Below, piece after piece: positions 36,705-44,888 of a DNA stretch of 44,888 nucleotides. Source of the DNA: Bacteroidota bacterium. GTDB taxonomy: Bacteria > Bacteroidota > Bacteroidia > Chitinophagales > LD1. Position numbers and translations under genes: made by a program. How positions within the stretch are numbered: the first letter of the stretch is position 1; every line of letters begins with the position of its first letter. The notes under the pieces are model-generated. The model did no database searches. It was not told where the DNA came from and was given only the letters and a program-made list of their open reading frames with translations. Location of the stretch: NCBI GenBank assembly GCA_040387015.1, contig JAZKEP010000132.1, positions 3,261 through 48,148 on the forward strand, in the 5' to 3' direction.

Positions 36705-38000
36705 ATGGCTGCAGATACAGTGAGGGAAAAGAATGACCAAGGCTATTGGGCCTTTGTGTGGAAGCAGTTCCGCAGAAAGAAGACCGCGGTTATTTCACTT
36801 TACATTGTTATTCTGCTGGCTGTTATTGCGGTATTAGCTCCTTTTCTTGCCAACGAAAAACCCTTAGTCTGCAAGTATCAGGGAGAGTTATATTTTCCAG
36901 TGCTTAAAGAAATTTCCGTAGGGTTTGGTATCGGAGAATTTCAAAGACAGTTTCAGAATATTGATTGGAAAAAGCTGGATTATGACATGGTGATATTTCC
37001 CCCTGTGCCATATTTGCCAATGAACCAAGATGACGGCAACATCCATTCCAAAGGTCCCTTCGATGAGCAGGTAGTTCCTTCCATGCGCTTTCACCACTGG
37101 TTTGGAACCGATGAGTTAGGCCGCGATGTGTTAGCGGGAATGATTCACGGGACCAAAATTGCCATGACGGTAGGAATTTTCTCCATGTTCATTGCTTCGG
37201 TTATCGGCATTTTGCTTGGCTCGCTGGCAGGTTTCTATGGGGATGAAAACTTTCAGGTATCCCTCGTTCGCTTATGGGGAAATTTACTGTTCCTGTTTTT
37301 TGCTTTCTTCTATGCGTTTGGTGTGCGCTCGTATGATATTACTGATGCGCTCGGCAAATCTTTAGGTGACGGATTTTTCCAACTTTTTATCAGCGTGTTG
37401 ATTTTTGCCGGGGTAATTACCCTTGGAAACCTACTGGTTATTCCGCTCAAGAAAATTCCTTTTCTTGGAAAGCAGGTGGCCGTGCCTTTCGATTTAGTTA
37501 TTATGCGCATCATTGAAGTTCTAAATTCCATTCCTACACTTTTCCTCATCCTTCTTATCATTTCAATTGTGCGTAAACCAAACCTGTATGTCATTATGGG
37601 TATCATCGGTTTAACCGGCTGGACTGGCATTGCGCGTTTCATCCGTGCCGAGCTTTTAAAGGTTCGTAGCCTGGAATATATAGAAGCAGCTAACTCGCTT
37701 GGCTACTCCCATGCACATATCCTTTTCCGACATGCTATACCCAATGCGCTCTCTCCGGTTCTTATCTCTATTGCCTTTGGTATTGCGGGAGCCATTCTTA
37801 CCGAATCAACTTTATCTTTTTTAGGACTCGGCCCTGCAGATACTGTTACCTGGGGTCAACTCCTTTCTTACGCGCGTCAAATTCCCCAGGCCTGGTGGTT
37901 GGCCATCTTCCCGGGCTTTGCCATCTTCGTAACCGTTACAACTTTTAACCTGATTGGTGACGGATTAACGGATGCTATGGATCCGCGGCTGAAGCAATAG
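36705..38000 (+). CDS. ABC transporter permease, OppC/DppC-like
   Basis: HWFGTDELGRDV, EYIEAA (EAA motif), HAIPN, ESTLSFLGLG and GDGLTDAMDP motifs. Confidence 0.93.
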   Translation: MAADTVREKNDQGYWAFVWKQFRRKKTAVISLYIVILLAVIAVLAPFLANEKPLVCKYQGELYFPVLKEISVGFGIGEFQRQFQNIDWKKLDYDMVIFPPVPYLPMNQDDGNIHSKGPFDEQVVPSMRFHHWFGTDELGRDVLAGMIHGTKIAMTVGIFSMFIASVIGILLGSLAGFYGDENFQVSLVRLWGNLLFLFFAFFYAFGVRSYDITDALGKSLGDGFFQLFISVLIFAGVITLGNLLVIPLKKIPFLGKQVAVPFDLVIMRIIEVLNSIPTLFLILLIISIVRKPNLYVIMGIIGLTGWTGIARFIRAELLKVRSLEYIEAANSLGYSHAHILFRHAIPNALSPVLISIAFGIAGAILTESTLSFLGLGPADTVTWGQLLSYARQIPQAWWLAIFPGFAIFVTVTTFNLIGDGLTDAMDPRLKQ

Positions 38001-38035
38001 CAACTATTCATCTTTGATTTCTTAGTTTTGAGCAG

Positions 38036-39475
38036 ATGAAACTTCACCTGATTCCTTTACTTATTCTGCTTTTTCTTTCCTCTGTTGCACAACCTGTAGT
38101 TCAAATTTCTGGTGCTTCTAAGTTGCCTGCAAAAACCAGCAAGTTTAAAGTAATTGGAAAGAATAATGATGGTATTGTTTTGAGGCTGTATGGGACGGAA
38201 GATGTGATCGATATTTTTGATAATGAGATGAAGCTGGTTACTTCTAAAACTATAGAGTTTAAAAATCAGAACGGACTATTGCAGTACATAATGTTGAATA
38301 AAACAGGGGCTGTAATTTTTTATTTGCAGCAGGACAGAAAATATTCGGTACTATATGCACAACCGGTCAATGCAAAATTTATGGAGATTGGGAAGCCCAT
38401 CCTCATTGATTCCGTTCTCGACCGAAAAGACTTGGTCGCTTCTAATCTTCGCTTCAAACCATCGGTTGACCAATCTTCTTTGATGATTTATTATCCCTTC
38501 TTTTCGAACGGCAAAGTAGATGTGATAAAGTTCATGTGTTTAGATCGGGGGTTGAAAATGCTTTATAATAAAATAATTCCGGCCGGTAGGGATGAGCGTG
38601 AACTGGAATATTCAAAATCGGTAATCGATAACAATGGGAATGCGTTTTTAATTTTGAAACCTGAAATCAAAAGCAGTGGCAGTGAATATCATGTCCTTCA
38701 TATGAGTAGTGATGGGCAGTTTTCTAATTATGCTATAACTACGGAAAAGGAAACATTTGGTGAACCTTGGTTTGAGATTGATAATAAAAACGGGAACTTA
38801 GTAATGACCAGCTTTTATGACTCTAAAGAGCGGGATGAAGATGTTGCAAATGGTTTTGTTTATTCCAGCTTTGACCCGGCAAACGGTACGCTTATTAAAG
38901 TGAGATATACCCCCTTTTCTAAAGAATTCATTGCTGAACTTACAGGTAGAGAAAATGTTACGAATCAAAGTCTATATACTTTCAATATTCGTAAAAGTAC
39001 TTTGCGTAATGATGGAGGATCCCTGATTGTAGCAGAATCATTTATAAAAGACACTCGGGAAACGCCTGTAGGGGTAAGTATTCAACCAGGCTTTAGTAAC
39101 TATCGAACATCTGAAATTTTTCAATTCAACGATATCATTGCTTTCTCTATAAATTCGAATGGTATTATGGAATGGAGTTCGGTGATGCGGAAAAAGCAAG
39201 CTAGTGAAGATGATAATGGGGTGTATTCTTCCTTTCTGATAGTGAATGAAAAGGATAAACTTCGCTTCATTTATCTGGATGATATTTCGTCCTCTGGCGT
39301 GTTAAATGAATATACCTTAACCAGTGTTGGTAAGAGCAACCGGCAAACAATTTTAAACCAGGAGGAAAAGGATATGATGTTGCTTCCTAAAATGGGGAAG
39401 CAGGTTTCTCCAAATGAAGTAATCATTCCCAGTTATAAAAACGGTGCCTTGCAATTGGCAAAAATTATTTTTTAG
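38036..39475 (+). CDS. Conserved hypothetical exported beta-rich protein
   Basis: Signal peptide and a long uninterrupted 479-aa ORF. Confidence 0.8.
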   Translation: MKLHLIPLLILLFLSSVAQPVVQISGASKLPAKTSKFKVIGKNNDGIVLRLYGTEDVIDIFDNEMKLVTSKTIEFKNQNGLLQYIMLNKTGAVIFYLQQDRKYSVLYAQPVNAKFMEIGKPILIDSVLDRKDLVASNLRFKPSVDQSSLMIYYPFFSNGKVDVIKFMCLDRGLKMLYNKIIPAGRDERELEYSKSVIDNNGNAFLILKPEIKSSGSEYHVLHMSSDGQFSNYAITTEKETFGEPWFEIDNKNGNLVMTSFYDSKERDEDVANGFVYSSFDPANGTLIKVRYTPFSKEFIAELTGRENVTNQSLYTFNIRKSTLRNDGGSLIVAESFIKDTRETPVGVSIQPGFSNYRTSEIFQFNDIIAFSINSNGIMEWSSVMRKKQASEDDNGVYSSFLIVNEKDKLRFIYLDDISSSGVLNEYTLTSVGKSNRQTILNQEEKDMMLLPKMGKQVSPNEVIIPSYKNGALQLAKIIF

Positions 39476-39502
39476 CAAACTAATCAATAACAATTTTAGA
39501 CC

Positions 39503-40510
39503 TTGTTCTCTTTCTTCAAATCAAATAATCCTTCCGTAATAGTTTTTTACATTTTCTATTTAGTTCTTTTCAGAATTTACTTTGCTTTTGTTCCTATCGA
39601 TTCAAATTTTGTTTTTGAGTACCGTGAACCTCTAAGTCAGCTTCTTTTCGGTTTTTTAAAAGATGTTTCTTTTAATCCTACCGTCTTCAGTATAGTTCTA
39701 TCAGCGCTTCTGTGTTTTGTTCAATCCCTTTTAGTTAATAGCATTGTAAACGGGAATAAGTTTTTACCAAGGAAAAGCTATATCTCTGGTGCATTATTCA
39801 TACTCTTTGCTTCTTTTTTTAAACAAGGCTTGCTATTTTCTCCGGCTGCAGTGGCTTTGACGTTTCTGCTGCTTTCTACAGAAAGACTTTTTTCACTTTT
39901 TAAAAAAGAAAAACCTAACACAGCTATTTTTGATGTGGGGTTTTTCATTGCCATTGCCACTTTATTCTATTTCCCCTCTATTTTGTTCCTGTTTTTGGCT
40001 TACATCGGACTTTCAACTATTCGTGCGTTCGCATATAGGGAGTGGGTCATTATACTGATTGGATTCATCTGCCCCTTTTTTCTTGTCTTTACCTACTATT
40101 TTTGGAACGACCAAGCGGGTAAGTTAATTGGAGATATTGCTAATGTACATTCTGTTGGCTGGCTGCAAGCCGTTACATTCAATCGCTTTGATGGGGTGAT
40201 GCTCCTGTCTCTTTCCGTGCTTGCTATTGCTTCACTCATCCTGCTGCCATCGGCCTTATATTCCAGCCTGATTCAGGTGCGTAAATTTTCAACTCTTCTT
40301 GTTATTTTCTTCTTTCTGATCGTTATCTCATTTGCCCTTCAGCAAACGATTAGTCTTAGTCACCTTGTGATGATGGGCTTGCCGCTGGGGATAATTTCTT
40401 CTTTAGTGATTATGCAAATAAAAAATAAAGTGGTTTCGGAAGTCATTCATTTAATTCTAATTTTGCTCGTATTAGCAGGGCAGTTTCTTCCTTTATTCAA
40501 TATCTTTTAA
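39503..40510 (+). CDS. Polytopic membrane protein, DUF6427-like
   Basis: TTG start, [24 protein letters not shown] and REW motifs; about 10 TM helices. Confidence 0.7.
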   Translation: MFSFFKSNNPSVIVFYIFYLVLFRIYFAFVPIDSNFVFEYREPLSQLLFGFLKDVSFNPTVFSIVLSALLCFVQSLLVNSIVNGNKFLPRKSYISGALFILFASFFKQGLLFSPAAVALTFLLLSTERLFSLFKKEKPNTAIFDVGFFIAIATLFYFPSILFLFLAYIGLSTIRAFAYREWVIILIGFICPFFLVFTYYFWNDQAGKLIGDIANVHSVGWLQAVTFNRFDGVMLLSLSVLAIASLILLPSALYSSLIQVRKFSTLLVIFFFLIVISFALQQTISLSHLVMMGLPLGIISSLVIMQIKNKVVSEVIHLILILLVLAGQFLPLFNIF

Positions 40511-40520
40511 AAATCTATTT

Positions 40521-41240
40521 ATGAAATTCGGAATTGTAGTTTTCCCCGGTTCTAATTGCGATAAAGACATGTATCGTGTAGTAAAAGAAGTCATGGGCTG
40601 CGAAGCACGTTATATCTGGCATAAGGAAACCGATTTAACGGACTTTACTACAGATGATTGCATTATTCTTCCCGGAGGCTTTAGCTACGGTGATTACCTT
40701 CGCACAGGTGCGATTGCACGCTTCTCTCCGGTGATGGAAGCGGTCATCCCATTTGCCAACAACGGGGGCAAAGTTTTTGGAGTTTGCAATGGCTTCCAGA
40801 TTTTATGTGAATCCCATTTGTTGCCGGGGGCGCTTTTGCGGAACGAAAGCATGAAGTATGAATGCAAAAATATTTATCTGAAATCTCAAACAACCAAAAC
40901 TTTGCTCACCTGTAAGATTGACGAAAAAGCGGTATTGAAAATTCCTATTGCTCATGGTGACGGAAGATATTATTGCGACAAAGAAACCCTGCGATCACTT
41001 TACGAGAACGATCAAATTCTTTTTAAGTATTGCGATGAGTATGGTGATATTGAAATGGAAGCCAATCCCAATGGTTCATTGGATAATATTGCGGGCATTT
41101 GCAACGCAGGCAAAAATGTTTTCGGTATGATGCCACATCCTGAGCGCGCTTCGGAGAAAACGTTGTTCAATACCGATGGAAAAATTCTGTTTGAATCGTT
41201 AATCAGCAAAGTGCTGGAGATGACGGTGCTGTATAGCTGA
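40521..41240 (+). CDS. purQ: Phosphoribosylformylglycinamidine synthase subunit PurQ
   Basis: [39 protein letters not shown] and GMMPHPER motifs. Confidence 0.97.
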   Translation: MKFGIVVFPGSNCDKDMYRVVKEVMGCEARYIWHKETDLTDFTTDDCIILPGGFSYGDYLRTGAIARFSPVMEAVIPFANNGGKVFGVCNGFQILCESHLLPGALLRNESMKYECKNIYLKSQTTKTLLTCKIDEKAVLKIPIAHGDGRYYCDKETLRSLYENDQILFKYCDEYGDIEMEANPNGSLDNIAGICNAGKNVFGMMPHPERASEKTLFNTDGKILFESLISKVLEMTVLYS

Positions 41241-41263
41241 TAAAATAATAATACTGATTTGTT

Positions 41264-41298
41264 AAGCAGGAGCCAGACGCTTCTGCTTTTTTTATTTT
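41264..41298 (+). terminator. Intrinsic terminator after purQ
   Basis: AAGCAGGAGC-cagac-GCTTCTGCTT stem followed by a T tract. Confidence 0.8.
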
Positions 41299-41319
41299 CT
41301 TCATTCCCAACTGACCATT

Positions 41320-41802
41320 ATGACAAAGCAGGAACGCAATGCCCTTATTGAATCCTATGGAACTGCTTACCATATTTTGATTGGAGCATTGATGGAATTT
41401 CCTAAAGAGATGTGGCAATGGAAACCGGCTCCTGAAAAATGGAGTATTCACGAAGTAGTTATTCATATTGCTGATAGCGAAGCAAATTCGTTTGTTCGGT
41501 GCAGAAGGTTTATTGCTGAGTCCGGGAGCGGAGTGTATGGTTATGACGAAAATAAATGGGCCAGGAGTTTGGATTATCATTCACAATCTATTGAAGAGTC
41601 ATTGGAGCTTTTTAGATTACTGCGTAAAACGACCTATGATTTAATTAAAAAGACAGATGATAAAACCTGGATGTCTGCAACCATTCATCATTCCGAAAAC
41701 GGATTAATGAACTTTGAACAATGGCTTAAAACATACGAAGAGCATATTCCGGTTCATATCCGGCAAATGCAACGAAACTTTGACGCATGGAAAAACAGAT
41801 AG
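41320..41802 (+). CDS. DinB family protein
   Basis: KWSIHEVVIHIADSE and HIPVHIRQ His triad. Confidence 0.9.
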   Translation: MTKQERNALIESYGTAYHILIGALMEFPKEMWQWKPAPEKWSIHEVVIHIADSEANSFVRCRRFIAESGSGVYGYDENKWARSLDYHSQSIEESLELFRLLRKTTYDLIKKTDDKTWMSATIHHSENGLMNFEQWLKTYEEHIPVHIRQMQRNFDAWKNR

Positions 41803-42143
41803 GGTTAGTTTACAGCATTCTTCTCTACAGCCATGTTATGCAGAAACGGTTGCTCTGCTCACCGGATTAATTGCGCTTTCAACAGAAAAGGCATCACGAC
41901 TCAACGCATAACAGCAAAATCTTTTGTCATGATGGGTGGTAATAGTCTTCTTATATTTTTTCTCCGCCAGAAAACGATTATAAATTTTGTTAAGCCTGGC
42001 TGAGTGTTAGGGTTGCTGCCAACCGCCTTGGGCACACCTGTCATCATCTATTTTACCAGGATTTGGAGGAAGAGACTAAAACTGGAGTAATTTTATATGA
42101 AAGGTTATTCTTCTATTTTCGTCAACGTCAAAAATTAGTTTCG

Positions 42144-44192
42144 ATGAAGAAGATTTCTGTTTTAGTTTTTGTATTGCTCATTTCCCAATTTTCATTTTCT
42201 CAAATCCTCAACCCCTCGAGTTGGACTTCGAAAGCGGAACAAACCGCGAAAGGAGAATACAAACTTATTCTTACCGCAAAGATTGATAAAGGATGGCATA
42301 CGTACTCGCAGTTTATCTCAAACGATGGCCCGGTTCCCACTTCTCTCACTTTCGATAAGAATAATAAAAACGTTCAACTGATTGGTAAGGTTACCGAGGC
42401 AGGAACAAAAATTCACTCCGGTCATGACCCTGTGTTTGATATGGAGTTGAAATATTTTGAAAATGATTTGACGCTTGAGCAACAAGTAAAAGTATTGAAG
42501 GACACCAAACTTAAGGTAACGCTTGAGTTTATGCTTTGCGATGATGCAAGATGTTTGCCGCCCGACCTGCTTGAATTTGAATTTGATTTGAAAGCAGCAG
42601 GACCAACTCCTAAAGAAATTGTTCCCTCCGATTCAAAAACAAAGGGCTTTATTGACAATCCACAAATAGTTTTTGATTCTGCGGTGCAGGCAGTTATTCA
42701 AGATGAAATAGAAAAGGATTCCATAGATCAATCTTTAGTAGCAGCTGCTCCCGAAGATAAATTCGGCAAGCCACTTACTGATTGCGGTTCAGGTGAGGAA
42801 ACAGAAAACAAAGGTCTGCTCTCTATTATTGTTCTTGGTTTTCTTGGCGGCTTAGTGGCGCTCATTACCCCTTGTGTTTTCCCTATGATTCCGCTCACGG
42901 TTTCTTTCTTTACCAAGCGTAGCGAGAGTAAAACCAAAGGCAAGTCCGAAGCGTTCGTCTATGCCTTTAGCATTGTATTTATTTATTTTTTACTGGCGGT
43001 TCCGTTTTTGATTTTTGATATTTCGCCCGATACACTCAACGAAATTTCTACCGGTGCACCGCTCAATGTTTTCTTCTTTCTAATCTTCCTGATTTTTGCT
43101 TTCTCCTTCTTCGGTTTCTATGAAATTGAGCTGCCAAGTTTCATTGCCAACAAAGCCGACTCTGCCTCAAACGTAGGAGGATTGATAGGCATCTTCTTTA
43201 TGGCACTTACGCTGGCCATTGTTTCTTTTTCCTGCACCGGTCCTATTATCGGTTCGTTATTGGTAGGTGCGCTCAGTTCTTCAAGCGGCAAAATAAACCT
43301 GGTAGCAGGTATGACCTCCTTTGGATTTGCGTTGGCACTACCCTTCGGATTATTCGCGCTGTTCCCCGGAATGATGAAATCGCTTCCTAAATCAGGGGGC
43401 TGGCTTAACTCAGTTAAAGTTGTTCTTGGATTTGTGGAGTTAATTTTCGCTATCAAGTTTTTATCCAATGCCGATTTAGTAGCGCACTGGGGAATTTTAA
43501 AACGTGAAGTATTTCTTGGTTTGTGGGCTTTGCTTGGCGCAGGTATGTTTGTTTACTTAATTGGCAAGCTGAAATTTCCGCACGATTCGCCTGTTCTCAA
43601 ACTTTCACCGGTTAGAATTTTCGCTGCCGTGCTTGCGCTGGTTTTTACCATTTATACAGTTTATGGAATTCCCGGTAACGACCTTAATCTCTTCAGTGGA
43701 TTTCCACCCCCGAAATTTTATTCTTTAAAAGCGCACGAAGCTGCTTTTGAACCTATACAGAATGATTATGATGCTGCCCTTGCCAAAGCAAAGGCTGAAA
43801 ACAAACCATTGATGATTGACTTTACCGGTTGGGCTTGTGTGAACTGCCGTAAAATGGAAGAGAACGTTTGGACAAATGCTGAAGTGATGAAACGCTTATC
43901 GGAGAAGTATGTAATTGTTTCGTTGTATGTGGATGATAAACGCGAGCTGCCGGAACAAGATCAACGCATGAGTGAGTTTTTTCAGGGGAAGAGGATTAAA
44001 ACAGTAGGCAACAATTTCAGCGAGATGCAGGCGAAATATTTTGGCGCTAACACACAGCCCTATTATGCCCTGGTCACCCCCGATGAACAACTGCTTACCC
44101 GGCCGCGTGGTTACACTCCGGATGTAAAGGAGTATATAAATTTTCTCGATTGCGGTTTAAATGCTTACCATCAAACAGCTGAAGTAAGATAA
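42144..44192 (+). CDS. dsbD: Thiol:disulfide interchange protein DsbD
   Basis: Start re-assigned to ATG 42144 (signal peptide). Has CDDARC (alpha), TPCVFPMIP and SFSCTGP (TM), and DFTGWACVNCRKME (thioredoxin). Confidence 0.93.
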   Translation: MKKISVLVFVLLISQFSFSQILNPSSWTSKAEQTAKGEYKLILTAKIDKGWHTYSQFISNDGPVPTSLTFDKNNKNVQLIGKVTEAGTKIHSGHDPVFDMELKYFENDLTLEQQVKVLKDTKLKVTLEFMLCDDARCLPPDLLEFEFDLKAAGPTPKEIVPSDSKTKGFIDNPQIVFDSAVQAVIQDEIEKDSIDQSLVAAAPEDKFGKPLTDCGSGEETENKGLLSIIVLGFLGGLVALITPCVFPMIPLTVSFFTKRSESKTKGKSEAFVYAFSIVFIYFLLAVPFLIFDISPDTLNEISTGAPLNVFFFLIFLIFAFSFFGFYEIELPSFIANKADSASNVGGLIGIFFMALTLAIVSFSCTGPIIGSLLVGALSSSSGKINLVAGMTSFGFALALPFGLFALFPGMMKSLPKSGGWLNSVKVVLGFVELIFAIKFLSNADLVAHWGILKREVFLGLWALLGAGMFVYLIGKLKFPHDSPVLKLSPVRIFAAVLALVFTIYTVYGIPGNDLNLFSGFPPPKFYSLKAHEAAFEPIQNDYDAALAKAKAENKPLMIDFTGWACVNCRKMEENVWTNAEVMKRLSEKYVIVSLYVDDKRELPEQDQRMSEFFQGKRIKTVGNNFSEMQAKYFGANTQPYYALVTPDEQLLTRPRGYTPDVKEYINFLDCGLNAYHQTAEVR

Positions 44193-44235
44193 CCTGATAA
44201 TCTTTCAATAGAGAATTTAACGGCAGAAGAAGTAC

Positions 44236-44888
44236 CTACCCTTTTGGTTGATTTGCTTTTCGCGCCTGTAAGTCTTTCTTAAACATGGCACAATCCTTAT
44301 TCCCCGGATCTACCCATTCGTAAATGGTAATTATTTTTTCAGCATTGGCCAGGTCGTTGGCGGAAAGAAATTTTTGGGAAAAGGAGTAACAACTGAGTGA
44401 TACCAGTCCAAGCAACCTGCGATACATAATATCATCTTTGGCTTTCAATTGCATATTCTGCACTTCACTCTTCCACCAGTTTAAGGTTTGTTTTTGCAGC
44501 GCATCATAATATCCCTGGCGTAATTGTTTCTCCAGCTGAAATTTTTTCTCGCTTCCTGCATCAAACACAAACAGTTTTTCAGCAGGTATGGTACTGTATG
44601 GATATAAGAAAGCAGATTCAAACACATTTGCATCGGGCCATTCATGTTTGCCATTCCACTCTATCAGGTAATGTGGCTTATCTTTTAAATATTTCGATTG
44701 ATGGAAAGATACCAGCTCGGTATAATTCATATCCTCTTTACCGGCAATACCTAAAAATTCAATGTTGTGAGCAAGGCGTTCCCATAGTATAACACTGCCC
44801 GAATAAACAACGGCATCTACTTCGGCATTGGCACAGCCTGCATCAATGGCAATTTTTGCACCACCGCTGAATCCCGCAAAAATTATTT
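44236..44888 (-). CDS. Alpha/beta hydrolase (esterase-like) with helical/TPR-like C-terminus; partial, 5' end outside the window
   Basis: The frame is open upstream of the track's Met to the window edge: IIFAGFSGGAKIA (nucleophile elbow), AGKEDMN (acid) and WNGKHEWP (His). Confidence 0.85.
   Translation of the reverse strand, partial: IIFAGFSGGAKIAIDAGCANAEVDAVVYSGSVILWERLAHNIEFLGIAGKEDMNYTELVSFHQSKYLKDKPHYLIEWNGKHEWPDANVFESAFLYPYSTIPAEKLFVFDAGSEKKFQLEKQLRQGYYDALQKQTLNWWKSEVQNMQLKAKDDIMYRRLLGLVSLSCYSFSQKFLSANDLANAEKIITIYEWVDPGNKDCAMFKKDLQARKANQPKG

Noticed and set aside
41803-42143. 340-nt gap with a minus-strand open stretch (SARLNKIYNRFLAEKKYKK...) and a 48-codon ORF
   Set aside because: The protein-like frame has an upstream in-frame stop and no start near its 5' end, and I recognise no family or RNA motif, so it cannot be supported.

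Overview
Chromosomal window from a Bacteroidota bacterium (T9SS-type cargo proteins, TAnnTTTG promoters, no Shine-Dalgarno motifs noticed). It holds about 36 mostly housekeeping or accessory genes: lysA, a fused 2-oxoacid dehydrogenase E1, a dispersed kynurenine-pathway cluster (HAAO, ALDH8A1-like dehydrogenase, RidA deaminase, atypical SDR), divergent metF and SAM-I riboswitch-metH, a peptide ABC transporter, purQ, dsbD and a DUF433/DUF5615 toxin-antitoxin pair. Two CDSs run off the window ends; one is absent from the ORF track and one is truncated in it. The most unusual signals are non-coding. (1) A cryptic AT-rich array with strict 21-bp phasing (about 10 units, 7650-7859) sits directly upstream of a basic, signal-less helical+Ig/FN3-like hypothetical gene, and a Flavo-1-like structured RNA lies further upstream. 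(2) A second 21-bp array (7 units with 42-bp alternation) is enclosed by ~44-bp terminal inverted repeats (21761-21974). (3) Short heptamer tandem repeats sit in-frame in protein loops. (4) Several genes have the -7 promoter element only 4-5 nt before the ATG, suggesting leaderless mRNAs. No transposase, integrase, CRISPR array, rRNA or tRNA was seen. All calls are by eye, with no searches run.
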